A stretch of 63,671 bases of DNA, filler included, from Octopus bimaculoides (GCF_001194135.2; 5 parts of 4 records of this genome joined end to end with filler, not necessarily neighbours in it), one strand, 5' to 3'; shown: positions 13,020 to 25,535, numbered from the whole stretch's first letter. Translations and numbers: made by a program. The notes: generated by a model not told the origin, from the sequence alone.

Positions 13020-13949
13020 GATCGATATTTAAAATATTGATTTTATCAAGTGGCCAGCATGGGAATAAAAACCATCAAAGGTAACAATTATTTAAAATTA
13101 TAATATAGGGTATCTAAGAGATACCGCCACGCTGAAAAATAGCAGTCAAATCTTGACTCTAAACCACAATAAATGTTCATATAACACAAAGAGCGAAGAC
13201 GAAGACTAAATAAACTAGTAAAAATAACTGGATAATTCCAGATCCCGGATTTCTGGCTTTGCATAATAAATGCTTTGCCTTCATCGGTGGAATATACTCA
13301 GAAAAGCACATAAATACAAATATATATATAGAGACATACAGTATACTTACATATACGAACGTATACATACATATATATGCACGTATGTACACAACCAGTT
13401 TAAATTGCCCGCCTAAAAACTCCTCGTGCGATATGGTCAGAATATCACCGCAGTAAATACACCGACAAAATAAATTTATATAAATAAGGATAAGATCGAT
13501 ATTTAAAATATTGATTTTATCAAGTGGCCAGCATGGGAATAAAAACCATCAAAGGTAACAATTATTTAAAATTATAATATAGGGTATCTAAGAGATACCG
13601 CCACGCTGAAAAATAGCAGTCAAATCTTGACTCTAAACCACAATAAATGTTCATATAGCACAACGAGCGAAGACGAAGACAAAATAAACTAGTAAAAATA
13701 ACTGGATAATTCAAGATCCCGGATTTCTGGCTTTGCACAATAAATGCTTTGCCTTCATCGGTGGAATATACTCAGAAAAGCACATAAATACAAATATATA
13801 TATATAAACATACAGTATACTTACATATACGAACGTATACATACATATATATGCACGTATGTACATCTCTTAGATACCCTATATTATAATTTTAAATAAT
13901 TGTTACCTTTGATGGTTTTATTCCCATGCTGGCCACTTGATAAAATCAA
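13020..13949. repeat. 372-bp direct duplication plus inverted partial copy
   Basis: 13020-13391 and 13494-13865 are ~98% identical. 13866-13949 is the reverse complement of 13511-13595. Confidence 0.9.
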
Positions 13950-14099
13950 GAAGAAGAAAAAAAAGAAGAAGAAGAAGAAGAGTAGGCGATGGAGAAGAAC
14001 AGAGATAGATAGAGAGAGAAAGAGAGAGTGTGTGAGGGAGAGGGGGGAGGATAAAACTAATGATCAATTACCAAACAAACGGTTCTTTGATTGAAACAT

Positions 14100-14950
14100 T
14101 TAACGAGAGGGTGTACAGTGCGTACATATGCGCGTGAGTGTGTGTATGTGTGAGCATGTGTGTGTATGTGTGTATTTATTGGCGGGAGAGATAGTGTGTG
14201 TTAATCTGTGTTAATGTGGGTATCATTGTGTTCAGTGAATGTGTATGTGTTCTCTTTGAACGTGTTTGTGTGTCTGTATGTACGAACTGTCTTTGTGTTT
14301 ATGCGTTGCACGCGAATAGTATGTCAGTATTTGCATGCACGTGTGTACTGTCTTTGCGTCAGTTTGTGTATGTGTGTGAGGATTCAGTGCTTTTGTAATT
14401 ATATATGTATCTATGTGTATGTGGTGAGTAATGCGTGTTCGAATGAGTGTTGGTAGGGTTGTTAGTGTCTTTGTACTGGAGTATTTGTGTATGTAAGCGA
14501 AATTGGAGGAATATATGTAAGTTAGTACATTATTAGTATGCGTGTATTTATATTTGTATATCTGGCTGTTTCGATATTTATGCATACTATGTCTATATTT
14601 AAGAGAGAGACAGAGACAGAGACAGAGACAGACAGACAGACAGAGAGATAGTGTGGATGTGGGTGCGTGTATGTATGTGTGTACGTGTATGAGTATCTAT
14701 GTGTGTACGTATATGGGTGTGTGTATGTGTATGAGTGCGTTCGTGTGTGTATGTGTGTATGCGTGTGTACGTGTGTCAGTGCGTGTGCGTGTATATTGTG
14801 TGTATGTGTGTGTATGTTGTGTGTATGGGTGTGTATGTTCGTGTATAAGTATGTGTGCGTGTGTGTATGCGTGTGCGTGTGTGTGTATGCATGTGTGTGT
14901 GATTGTGCGTGCGTGAGCGTGTGTGTGAGTGCGTGTGTGTGTGTAAGTCA
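14100..14950. repeat. Degenerate (GT)/(GTAT) low-complexity array
   Basis: Read directly; it generates the VC/HT-repeat ORFs. Confidence 0.9.
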
Positions 14951-15056
14951 ATTAGTATGATTCTAGGTCTCCAATAATGTAATTCTACTACTGAACTCTT
15001 GTTTTCATTAATTATACTGTGGCCATACTGGGGCACCACCTTGCAGAGTAAAGTGG

Positions 15057-15117
<61 letters not shown>

Positions 15118-15828
15118 NNNNNNNNNNNNNNNNNNNNNNNNNNNNNNNNNNNNNNNNNNNNNNNNNNNNNNNNNNNNNNNNNNNNNNNNNNNNNNNNNNN
15201 NNNNNNNNNNNNNNNNNNNNNNNNNNNNNNNNNNNNNNNNNNNNNNNNNNNNNNNNNNNNNNNNNNNNNNNNNNNNNNNNNNNNNNNNNNNNNNNNNNNN
15301 NNNNNNNNNNNNNNNNNNNNNNNNNNNNNNNNNNNNNNNNNNNNNNNNNNNNNNNNNNNNNNNNNNNNNNNNNNNNNNNNNNNNNNNNNNNNNNNNNNNN
15401 NNNNNNNNNNNNNNNNNNNNNNNNNNNNNNNNNNNNNNNNNNNNNNNNNNNNNNNNNNNNNNNNNNNNNNNNNNNNNNNNNNNNNNNNNNNNNNNNNNNN
15501 NNNNNNNNNNNNNNNNNNNNNNNNNNNNNNNNNNNNNNNNNNNNNNNNNNNNNNNNNNNNNNNNNNNNNNNNNNNNNNNNNNNNNNNNNNNNNNNNNNNN
15601 NNNNNNNNNNNNNNNNNNNNNNNNNNNNNNNNNNNNNNNNNNNNNNNNNNNNNNNNNNNNNNNNNNNNNNNNNNNNNNNNNNNNNNNNNNNNNNNNNNNN
15701 NNNNNNNNNNNNNNNNNNNNNNNNNNNNNNNNNNNNNNNNNNNNNNNNNNNNNNNNNNNNNNNNNNNNNNNNNNNNNNNNNNNNNNNNNNNNNNNNNNNN
15801 NNNNNNNNNNNNNNNNNNNNNNNNNNNA

Positions 15829-17843
15829 GGGTAGTGCAGTGCAAGCTACACCCACTGAAAATTATTCATCTGCATAGGTACTTCCTGTACTCCAAATCTT
15901 AGTAAAATCATTCAACTGGTTGGTTGGCAGAAACCTAAAACTGCACTTGCAACTTACTCTAAAATGTCTCAAACAAATTCAGTAAATAGGAAAAAAGGCT
16001 TGGGAACGTCAGGGGAACAGGTCTGGTTTGGCAGGTGCCCCAGTGTCTCACAGGCTGGACCCGTTCGTCATCTTGTCACTGTGATCAAACAATCTTCAAG
16101 AAAAAGTAAAAATAAACATCCTTTGAATTTCGGCTGTTGGAATGTGCGCACGCTTCTTGATAATTTCAAATAGAGGCCAGAAAGGCGTACTGCACTTGTT
16201 GCATGTGAGCTCAAGAAAGATTCCCTTGATATAGTTGCGCTCTCTGAAATTTGTCTCTCTGGTGAGGGTCAAGTAAATGAACCTACTTATGGACATACTG
16301 TATTTTGGAGAGGCCTACCTAAGGGTCAACGTAGAGAATCTGGTGTTGGATACATTAGTATCCTCCGTTGCAGAGCTTCCAGGTATTATATCTGAACGGA
16401 TTATGTCATGCCGTATTAAACTGACAAAAAGTAGGTTTCTTACCGTTGTCAGTATTTATATACCAACAATATCCCATTCTGATGAAACTGTAGGACCGTT
16501 TTATGACGATCTAGCACGATTATTGAGGAAAGTACCAATTTCTGACAAGCTGGTCAAATTGGGAGATTTCAATGCAAGAGTTGGAAAGGACTATGTTTCA
16601 TGATCTGTTTTAGGTCGACATGGGATTGGTAAATGCAATAAAAATGGAATAGCTCTTTTGACGTTTTGCACTGAGAATAATCTGGTTGTCAACAACATTG
16701 TTTAAGCAGAAAAATAAATATAAAACCATCTGGATGTACCCATGATCTAAGGTTTGGCATCTCATAGAATATATTCTATATATTCTGATCAGGAAACGTG
16801 ATATGAAAGACATTTCTAGCGTTCGGGTCATGAGAGGGGCAGAGAGCTGGACTGATCATCATCTAGTGCATGGAAAAATAGATTTTTCGATAATTCTTTA
16901 AAATTGACAGTCTGGTCCTAAGGTACCCCAACAATTAAATGTTGCAAAAGTTAAATTATCTAGCAACTTGCAAAGATTCCACAATGCTATAGAAAGTAAC
17001 GATCCTGACCCAAAACAAAAGTATTTCAGGCTGCAAGTACGTGAGTGGGATTTAAATCTCATAAATACAGTGACTGGTTCTCAGATAGATCAGCAGAAAT
17101 CCATGATCTACTTTTAGAAAAACAAAGCTTAGGCAATACACTTCTTTTGTCAGTCCTTCAACCCCAGCTCAAACGAAACTTACAGAAATTTGAAAAGGAA
17201 AATGCAGACTGCTCTAAGGAAAATTAAACAGGAATGGTGGAATAATAGAGCAAAAGGGACACAAGAAGCAGCTGATAGAAATGATGCTAAGGGATTGTAC
17301 TCTTATGTTAAAGTGGCATATGGCTCAAACTCTTCTTCAGTAACACCAGTGAGAATAGCAAATGGACGTTTGATTCTGACTGACACTGCTTCTATTCATA
17401 AGCACTGGGTAGAACATTTTTCTGCACTTTTGAATAGACCATCATCTGTTGACATGACGACGACAGAAAAAACCAAACACCTTCCAGTTATAGAAGAGAA
17501 GGCATTTCAGCCAACTCTAAATGACATTTATTTAGCTGTGAATAAGTTGAATAACAGTAAGTCTCCAGGGTCTGATGGAATCTGTGCAGAAATCTTGAAA
17601 TATGGGGGTGACAAAATGTTTGAACTCTTAAATATATCAATTTGTCACTGTTGGAGAACTGAGAAAGTGCATCAAGACTGGATTGATGCCATTTTAGTCT
17701 CCTTGTATAAAACGGGGCCAAAGGATTTGTGTGGTAATTTTCGTGGGATTTCGCTTTTGGCTGTGGTTTAAAAAGTACTTGCCCGCATTTTGTTATATAC
17801 TTTGCAATAGTTTCAGGGTGTTTGCCCTTTATCAGTGTGGAGT
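15829..17843 (+). mobile_element. RTE (BovB-like) LINE, APE endonuclease plus N-terminal RT, decayed and 3'-truncated
   Basis: Motifs LNFGCWNVRTLLD, RPERRTALVA, DIVALSE, LGDFNARVG, WTDH, KSPGSDGICAEILKYGG and CGNFRGISLL. Multiple stops and frameshifts. Confidence 0.9.
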
Positions 17844-17939
17844 AGTCGAACCCAGCAGGCGTCACTGTTGACTGTCTCTTCGAAGGTTTATATATATTCA
17901 GTGGAACACGTACACAACACACACGCACAAACATATATA

Positions 17940-18091
17940 TCTCCCTGTTTATTTCTGTGTTCCTTTCTGTCGAAGAGCGTAGGTTCGAAACGTAAAAGAC
18001 TTCCTCACTTCCCGAGCGATAAACTAATACATCTGTTCGTTGTTTTCACACCCGTATTCGTCTTTTGTTTTGTTTGTTTTTCGTAAATTTC

Positions 18092-18095
<4 letters not shown>
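17940..18095 (+). mobile_element. Short Penelope-type repeat with hammerhead-like motif
   Basis: Homologue of 2240-2388. The motif lies at 17963-17998. Confidence 0.6.
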
Positions 18096-18127
<32 letters not shown>

Positions 18128-18171
18128 NNNNNNNNNNNNNNNNNNNNNNNNNNNNNNNNNNNNNNNNNNNN

Positions 18172-18183
18172 TTAATTAATTAA
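18172..18183. other. Assembly linker TTAATTAATTAA (six-frame stop) inside a 100-bp gap
   Basis: 44 N + TTAATTAATTAA + 44 N. The same pattern occurs at 35133-35144, 56814-56825 and 61064-61075. Confidence 0.9.
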
Positions 18184-18466
18184 NNNNNNNNNNNNNNNNN
18201 NNNNNNNNNNNNNNNNNNNNNNNNNNNGATGATGATGATGATGATGATGATGATGGATGATGGCGGTGGTGGTGGTGGTGGCGGTGGTGATGATGATAGA
18301 TAGTGATGGTGATGATGGTGGTGATGAGGAGGAGATGATATTGGCTATGATTTGTTTCATTTGTATGTGATATATCTTATCTTGTTTAAAAAAACATAAG
18401 TTGAGACTGACACTGAAGATGTATTGACAATCACTTTAATAGTTGGATATTACATGCATGTCTATA

Positions 18467-18504
<38 letters not shown>

Positions 18505-18641
18505 ATATACATATGTACTTATACATATTAATACATATATCAGCATATGTAGACTGATCTGCTTAAGGATCGGTATTGATATTCTATCAAATTATATGCT
18601 TCAAATCTTCATACACTCACAGAATACAAACATATATGTAG

Positions 18642-18680
<39 letters not shown>

Positions 18681-19929
18681 TGTGTACATGTGTGTGGGTG
18701 TGATAGATAGATAGATAGATAGATACATACATACATACATGCATACACATATATACATATTAGAGTATGGTGACACTACTTATGGCATTGATCACTCAGG
18801 GTATTGACCGTATAGTAAATGTGCAACATGGTTAACAGTCTGTATAGAAGAAAGAGAAATGAAAGATAAAGAGCCAGGCTGAGAGTGTTGTAGAAGAGAG
18901 AGTATGATGGGAGAAACAAAGTGATAAAACTGAGAGTATGATAGAGGAGGGAGTAATGAAAGAGAGACAGTGACAGCTACATGACAGTTGTTGGTAAGGA
19001 AATTGAATAGAAAAATATCAAGAGTGATATGGGAGAAGGGAGAATGACTGAAGGTAGACAGAGTGATTGAAGGAGAAGCAATGCAGTAATGGAAGTGAGA
19101 GTAAATCTTTTATCTTTTTAGTCAGGAGAAAAGGCATTTCCCATGACCTGTTATAGTTCCTCCAAGACTAGTACAAAGGAAGAAGGTATTGACCTGCCAA
19201 ACGCTCACAACAAAGTGGACTCTGGTAAAAGGGTGCAAGGTATCAGCCAGTGATGTTAAACCAAGTGATGAATTAAGTTTACCACCCAAATAAGCCATGG
19301 TTAGATTTGAACCCAAGATGCAAAGACTGAATGTATGGTATCCTATCCAATGTTCTTACAGTCCTGCCAATCCACTATCCTGGATTGGTACTTTTTTCAT
19401 GACCCCAAAAGTATGAATTGCAAAGTTGACCTCTATAGGATTTGAACTCATAGCCCTAAGTGTCAGAATAAATACAGTGAGACAGTCTATCCAATACTCT
19501 AACAATTTGCCCATGTATCACAACAAGGAAAGGTAGATGGGAGAATTTTGTAAAATCCAACAGCATTTCTTTGCTACTAGAGATAACCAAGGAGAAGGTG
19601 AAGAGAAAAATCAGATATTTTTGCTAATGAAAAGACGAAGGCAGATTAAGTTTCTCCTTCATGTCAAGAAGTACAACAAACGGTTCAGGATCCAGGACTT
19701 ACCAAGAGAAATTATCTTAATTGAAAAAGGTAAAAGTTGGGACACTATTTTGTGACTTTAATGCTGAAAATTTAGCCAAAACACAGGCTGCAGTTGTCAG
19801 ACCTACTTCTGACGATACATTTGTGTCTCAGTGTATGGCTTAAAGAAGCACAGGAATCCTAATAAGAGACACTGGACATGATGTAAATCCATGGCTTGTA
19901 GCAACTAATTGGTCTCAAATTTTGACGTA

Positions 19930-20125
19930 AGGCAGCAATTTGAGGGATGGGGTAAGTTGGTTTCATCGACCCCGGTGCTCAACTGGTACTTATTTTATCA
20001 ACCTAGGGAGGGTGAAAAGTAAAGTCAACCTTGGTAGAACTTGAACTCAGAACATAAAGGCAGACAAAATATTGCAAAACATTTTGCCTGACTTGCTAAT
20101 GATTCTACCAACTCGTTGCCTTTAT
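19930..20125 (-). mobile_element. SINE family B
   Basis: Matches 39915-40127. Confidence 0.75.
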
Positions 20126-20237
20126 TGTAGTGACTAATTAAAAGTGATTTTGACCAGTTAACAATGAAATGGACTTGCAAGTACTAATTATCACTGAAAG
20201 TCACAGAGTGATACTGGAACTGGGCCTTGTAGAAGGT

Positions 20238-20307
20238 ACCAAGACAAAGGTCATGAGATTGATCTTTGTCTCATGACAAAGATCAATCTCATGACTTTTG
20301 TCTTGGT
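20238..20307. repeat. 33-bp-arm hairpin with 4-nt loop
   Basis: ACCAAGACAAAGGTCATGAGATTGATCTTTGTC-TCAT-GACAAAGATCAATCTCATGACTTTTGTCTTGGT, one mismatch. Confidence 0.95.
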
Positions 20308-20440
20308 TGATCCTGCCAATAGTCATAAGCTTGTCTCAAAGCTTAAGCCATGCAACTGTAAGTTCATGCTGTAAACGAATGGTGAAACGTCGAATGGCTC
20401 AGGAACCGGACCTAATCCGCGGGACCGTATTCCTCACCGC
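20301..20440 (+). rRNA. 18S: 18S rRNA 5'-terminal fragment (dispersed, pseudogenic)
   Basis: TTGGTTGATCCTGCCAATAGTCATAAGCTTGTCTCAAAGCTTAAGCCATGCA...GGTGAAAC..CGAATGGCTC matches the universal eukaryotic SSU start CTGGTTGATCCTGCCAGTAGTCATATGCTTGTCTCAAAGATTAAGCCATGCA...GTGAAACTGCGAATGGCTC. The 3' limit beyond 20400 is approximate. Confidence 0.9.
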
Positions 20441-21405
20441 GAGTAGAAAACTTTGTTGTTAGAGTAAAGCAAACATTTGAATGCCTGGAAGAATTGCTAA
20501 AGTTGAGTAAAATCAAGGAAAATAATGAAGTGTTACAGTAAAAGAAATCACAGATCCGAGTTTCAAGAGCATCAGCAGCCAAATGAAGATAAGAAATTAA
20601 ATATCTTTGGGCCCAGTTTCACAAATAGATGAGTAAATGTTTTGTCCCCTTGCAGTACCCATTTGTAGTATCACACCTTCATCATGTGATGAGAAAGAAA
20701 TAATAATTACAGATAAATATTCACAAGCAGTTGATGAAAATACAGAAGGCAAATGGAGAAAAAAAAGTTGTCAAAATAGAAGGTTCAACATAAAACAAAG
20801 AAAACAGGTGAGGAACAATTTCTTTGAAATAACATTGAACCATCTTCAGGAAAATAACAAAGAAAATGAATAGGACAAAGATGAACTAAGATTCATCAGT
20901 TTTCGCAAAATCAAAAGAATTTATGGAAGCAACTCCACAACTCTGGTGCCATGGAGTCTCTGAAGAAGTTAGAATTATACACAAAGAATTAAGCTTAGAA
21001 TATAAGTAATATGCAAAGAATAAGTTTCTAGTAAGCCTAAAATTAAGACATTATACCAAATTTTAAAAGAGAATACCACCAAGATATTGGTGTTTTTCAA
21101 CACCAAATACCTCAAAAAATGCTTACTGGTACATTTAGTTGCACTTGCATAAAATTTAAGAAAGTGTTTAAGAAATAAAACATGAAAGATTTTTGCTAGA
21201 TTGAATCAAAACATTTTGTGGGGTGGACCCTGACTCAACCTTCTTACTTTAAGTCATATCTAGTTTTAAGTATTGTGTGTTTTATTGAATTTTTATGTAT
21301 TTTCATGCAAATATGCATGCATGTATGAACACATTTGTGTGTGCATGTATGTAATGTGCATGTGTGTATGTATATATGTATGGTTATGCATGAGTCTGAG
21401 TGTGT

Positions 21406-21447
<42 letters not shown>

Positions 21448-21474
21448 GTATCTATATGCACGCATGTGTATATA

Positions 21475-21670
21475 CGAGGGAATGCTGAAAAGTTCCTGGC
21501 TTTGGGTAAAAGAAAATACAGGAGGATCAGTTAATTATGATTTTATTCAACGTATTCCCCTCTCAGATTCACACACTTATTCTAGTGGTTCTTCTGCTTT
21601 TCTAAGCCCAGTAAAAGAACTCGGAAGACGGCAGCACCCTTAAAGCCAGGAACTTTCCACCATCCCCTTA
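21475..21670. mobile_element. Mariner-derived MITE
   Basis: TA|CGAGGGAATGCTGAAAAGTTCCTGGCTTT ... AAAGCCAGGAACTTTCCACCATCCCCTTA|TA: ~29-bp imperfect TIRs and a TA TSD. Confidence 0.8.
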
Positions 21671-22209
21671 TATATGTATACATGTGTGTATGTTTGTATA
21701 TGTATGCATATATGTGCATGTATGTGTGTGCATGTGAGTGTGTGTATTTTTAAAATCTTTGTTACATCCTTCCATACATTGTATAACATTTCTCACTTTT
21801 CTCTTTGAAATTTGTATAAACTTTTTTCGCACTCCAAATTCATATTTTTTTTGTATCTCATTGAGCTCTTGTAGAAGAACTTATGGTTAATTACTACTAC
21901 TATTATTAAAGTCGGCCATGTTTGAGTTGTCATAACAGAACCAAAAGCTGATTTACTTGATTTATTTCATCTTTTAGCAATTCTATGTGCTTATATCACT
22001 GAATAATCACTCTTGTAGATTTAATTATCCTTTTCATTATCATCATGATTGTGATTGTCATAGACATTTTCATCATCATCATCATCATCATCATCATTTA
22101 TATCAGATTTAGTGATTCTCTCTTCATTAAATTGGCTAGACCAGTGAAGACTCTGCTTTGCTGATGAGGTTAGTATAATATCGAAATATGTCTCAAGTTG
22201 TCTCCTGTA

Positions 22210-22370
22210 CTTTCACTAATATTGGTTTCAATTTTGGCACAAGGCCAGCAAGTTTGGGGCAGGAGGTAAGTTGACTTCATCAACCCCAGTGTTGAACTGG
22301 TACTTATTTTATCGACCTCAAAGGAATGAAAAGCAAAGTTGGCCTCAGTGGGATTTGAACTCAGAACATA
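22210..22370 (-). mobile_element. SINE family B
   Basis: Family B body and tail. Confidence 0.7.
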
Positions 22371-22382
22371 TCAAGAACTTTT

Positions 22383-22565
22383 ATGTGGTACTGGCACAGG
22401 TGCTTTAATGTGGCACCAACACAGGTACTTTTACATGACACTGGAACATGTGCTTTTAACATGGTACCAGCATAGATATTTTCTACATGGCACCAGCATT
22501 GATGCTTCCTACATGGCATTAGAACAAGTGCTTTTTATGTGGCACTAGCATGGGTGTTTTCCACA
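22383..22565 (+). repeat. Degenerate 25-26-bp minisatellite (~7 units)
   Basis: TGGCAC-like anchors at 22386, 22411, 22436, 22462, 22488, 22514 and 22540. Confidence 0.75.
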
Positions 22566-22795
22566 TGTGGTAGACATAATCCATTACTTGGTATGACAAC
22601 GTTGATGCTTCCAGTGAAGTCTACTCTTTCACAAGCATTCAACCTACTCTCCGGTTTGAGGAACCTTCCTCTCTTCCTTCTAATCAGAATGAGATATTAA
22701 AGGGTCATTGATGCTACCTTCCTCCTTGACTAAAAGATACAAAAAAGAAGGAAAAAACCCACTTGCATTTTTACGAGTTAATACATAACTTACAG

Positions 22796-23175
22796 TGGAG
22801 GTGCAATGGCCCAGTGGTTAAGGCAGCGGACTCGCTGTCGTAGGACCGCAGTTTCGATTCCCAAACTGGGCGTTGTAAGTGTTTATTGAGCTAAAACACT
22901 TAAAGCGCCACAAGGCTCCAGCAGGGGATGGTGGTGAACCCTGCTGTACTTTTTCCCCACAACTTTCTCTCACTCTTTCTTCCTGTTTCTGTTGTACCTG
23001 TATTTCAAAGGACCAGCCTTGTCACACTCTGTCACGCTGAATCTCCCCGAGAACTACGTTGAGGGTACGAGTGTCTGTGGAGTGCTCAGCCACTTGCACG
23101 TTAATTTCACGAGCAGGTTGTTCCATTGATCGGATCAACTGGAACCCTCGTCGTCGTAACCGACGGAGTGCCGAC
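22796..23175 (+). mobile_element. SINE family E (tRNA head plus tail D)
   Basis: TGGCCCAGTGGTTAAGG A box and GTTTCGATTCCC B box. The tail is shared with 6990-7170. Confidence 0.8.
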
Positions 23176-23369
23176 ATAACTTACTGACCTGGCTTCTGAT
23201 TTTGCTAAGGCAGACTTTTCATATCTTCTCTTTAAATGAATAATAGTAAGTACCAGCAATATCCTAGGGTTAAGGCACTCAATTATATCCTCCTTCTATA
23301 AGTATTGATCTTGGGGCTGATTAAATGAAGTTAATATTTCTGTAATTATTCACAAGTCATCACTTAGAC

Positions 23370-23699
23370 CAAAGGTTCTCAACCTGGGGTCCATACAAGA
23401 TTTTGTAGAGTCCACGGATGCAACATTGTAAATTGGGGGCCATGGTAATTTTTCAGGGGCCATGAAAAGATTGACTTTCAGACCAGTAAAATTCATGCGC
23501 AATAAATGGCTTTTATTTCTACAAAACACAAAACATTTTAACAATTTTTATACAAGTCCTAATAATATCTAATTATAAAAAATACAATAAGATTTTTTTA
23601 AACGCCAAATGGCTATGGGGTGGGGTGGGGGTGGGGGCCCACACAGGTAAAATAGGAATCAAAAGAGTCCATAAGCAAAAAAATGGTTGAGAACCCCTA
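23370..23699. mobile_element. hAT (Charlie-like) MITE
   Basis: TIRs CAAAGGTTCTCAACC / GGTTGAGAACCCCTA. 8-bp TSD ACTTAGAC/ACTTGGAT (two transitions). Confidence 0.7.
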
Positions 23700-23719
23700 A
23701 CTTGGATCAAGAAACATGT

Positions 23720-24110
23720 ACAGGTATCTCCAGGTATTTTACCCTACCAATTGGTATCACTTATTGCTCTGCAGGTATTCTACCGAGCCAAATAGTGTGG
23801 TGCACTATTATCCTAAAGTACTAATTCAGTCTGATGGTTTCATGTAATAATAAATCTAGAGACCTACGCTGTTAGATGCTGTCATGTATTACTATCTCCC
23901 AGTATTTCGTATTCCACCCAGACAAATGATATCGTGTACTGCTATCTTCTGGTACCTTACCCAGATGAATACTATCGTGCGCTGCTATTTCCCAATATCC
24001 TGACCAGACAAATGTTACACTGTACTGTACTACTGTTTTATGGTATTCTCCCCGGTACAGTGCTTTAATGTACTGCTATATCCAGGTATTCTACCCAGAC
24101 AAATGCTGTG
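23720..24110 (+). repeat. Degenerate ~43-bp minisatellite
   Basis: (A/C)CC(A/G)G anchors at 23917, 23960, 24003, 24051 and 24094. Approximate consensus GTACTGCTATCTCCAGGTATTCTACCCAGACAAATGCTATCGT. Confidence 0.7.
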
Positions 24111-24189
24111 ATGTAATATAAAATCAATCATGTGTGTTTGTATGTTTCTATGTCTGTGTCAAGTTGACATCGCCAGAAAGAAGCTGATG

Positions 24190-24191
24190 AG

Positions 24192-24227
<36 letters not shown>

Positions 24228-24830
24228 GTGAAAGAAAGTGAGAGGCAACTAGCATGAGAGAGATGAGGAGGAGGGGAGAGAGAAGGCGAGAAAGAGAGAT
24301 GGTGAAAGAAAGTGAGGGGCAGCTAGCATGAGAGAGAGATGGAGGGAGAGAGAGAGAGAGAGAGAAGGAGGGAGAGAGAGAAAGGAAAAGACTGTGAGAG
24401 AAGCAGCTAGCATACAAGAGAGAGAGAGAGACAGAGACAGAGAGAGAAAGGGGAAGGAGAGAGTGGGGAGGATATGAGAAAGAAGTCAAGAGTAAGAGGG
24501 AAATAGGGGGATAAAAGACAGGAGAGAAAGAAGGAAAAGGGGAGAGAAAGAGGGGAGAGTAAACAAGGGGAGAAAGTGAGTAGAGGGGGGGAAAGAAGGG
24601 TGAGAAAGGAAAAAGAGAGAGAGGAGAGGGAGAAGGGAGAGAAAGAAAGACAAAGAGATATATGCTGCTAGTATAGAATGAGAGAGAGAGAGAGAGTGAG
24701 AGTGTGAGGGAATAAGGGAGAGTGAGTGAGTGAGTGAGTTTGTGAGTGAGTGTGTGTGTGTGTGTGTGTGAGACCAAGAGAGAAAGAGTGAGAAAGAGAA
24801 AGAGAGAAAGAAAAAGATGAGACACATTAA
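24190..24830. repeat. Polypurine (GA-rich) tract
   Basis: Almost all A/G on the + strand, with three internal GC(A)ACTAGCAT/GCAGCTAGCAT repeats. Confidence 0.9.
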
Positions 24831-25223
24831 GAGATGCAAACCAANNNNNNNNNNNNNNNNNNNNNNNNNNNNNNNNNNNNNNNNNNNNNNNNNNNNNNNN
24901 NNNNNNNNNNNNNNNNNNNNNNNNNNNNNNNNNNNNNNNNNNNNNNNNNNNNNNNNNNNNNNNNNNNNNNNNNNNNNNNNNNNNNNNNNNNNNNNNNNNN
25001 NNNNNNNNNNNNNNNNNNNNNNAAAGAAAGAGGCAGAAGTTGCAGCAAACAACAAAAGAAAAGAGAGACTTTTATATTCTAGCTCAAAAACATTGTGATA
25101 TTAATATGTCTTAAAATATAAACACACACACACATATACACACTTACCACTTATAGTAGTAAGTATATGTATGTATGTATGCATATACATGTGTGTGTGT
25201 GTGTGTGTGCATGTTTATGTCTT

Positions 25224-25278
<55 letters not shown>

Positions 25279-25279
25279 A

Positions 25280-25535
25280 GGCACATGGCTTGGTGGTTAG
25301 AGTGTTGCGCTCGTGATCGCAGCATCGTGGGTTTGATTCCCACACTGGTAGTGCATTGTGTTCTTTGAGCAAAACACTTCATTTCCACATTGCTCCAGTC
25401 CACTCAGCTGCAAATAGGTAACCTTACAACAGACTGGCATTCCTTCCAGAGAATATTTTGGCCTACCTGCCTTGGCCAACAAGGTGGCATCCTTTGAAAG
25501 GTACAACATTGCAGGAAAAGTGCATTGTGACCAGC
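25280..25535 (+). mobile_element. SINE family C
   Basis: Head GGCACATGGCTTGGTGGTTAG, core and GCATTGTGACCAG tail, as at 5233 and 34100. Confidence 0.75.

Noticed and set aside
18172-18183. TTAATTAATTAA motif recurring four times
   Set aside because: Always centred in 44N+12+44N blocks; this is a six-frame-stop scaffolding linker, not biology.
20301-20440. Functional rDNA unit
   Set aside because: Only ~100-140 nt of 18S, with substitutions in invariant positions and no 5.8S or 28S nearby.
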